A stretch of 63,785 nucleotides of DNA, filler included, from Octopus bimaculoides (Eukaryota), in the NCBI RefSeq assembly GCF_001194135.2. It is 5 parts of 3 records of this genome, joined end to end, with 100 filler letters (N's around TTAATTAATTAA, not from the genome) between each part and the next. Parts side by side here need not be neighbours in the genome. Positions count along the whole stretch, not along the records: positions 55,921 to 63,785 come from NC_068985.1; 4 more parts are not named here. One strand, 5' to 3'. Made by a program: the position numbers and the translations under genes. A model generated the notes under the pieces. The model searched no databases. It was given only the letters and a program-made list of their open reading frames with translations, and was not told where the DNA came from. Shown here in pieces: positions 63,584 to 63,785 of this stretch. The first letter of the stretch is position 1; each line of letters opens with the position of its first letter.

Positions 63584-63739
63584 GGTGCAGTAGTGTGGTA
63601 AGAAGTTCGCTTCTCAACCACATCGTTCTGGGTTCAGTCCCACTGCATGGCACTTTGGGAAAGTGGCTTCTTCTACAGCTTCGAGCCAAGCAAAGGCTTG
63701 TGTGTCGATTTGGTAGACGGAAACTGAAAGAAGCCTGTC

Positions 63740-63785
<46 letters not shown>
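63584..63785 (+). mobile_element. SINE family A head running into (TG)n
   Basis: Matches family A consensus. Confidence 0.88.

Overview
AT-rich, gap-ridden animal genomic DNA. I infer octopus (a coleoid cephalopod) from the tRNA-derived SINE families and the extreme microsatellite load; this rests on recall, not a database search. Most of the window is transposon debris: at least 5 short interspersed repeat (SINE-like) families, RTE, CR1-like, Tx1/L1, R4/Dong and Penelope-like (PLE) retroelement fragments, a mariner end, a Helitron helicase relic, a complete non-autonomous Helitron and several MITEs with clean TSDs. Nearly all long ORFs in the supplied track are microsatellite or N-gap artefacts. 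No rRNA, true tRNA, CRISPR or recognisable host gene was found. The best host-gene candidate is a phase-compatible pair of minus-strand terminal exons at 48621-48943. The most interesting signals are: (1) about six hammerhead-ribozyme-like motifs, several with a non-canonical extra A on both sides of stem II, in short direct or inverted duplications typical of PLEs; (2) microsatellite-directed insertion, with different elements using (TA)n, (TAA)n and possibly (TATC)n, often the tracts supplied by other SINEs; (3) a 235-bp 9-bp-TSD MITE with telomere-like repeats on both strands; (4) SINE head/body/tail module shuffling.
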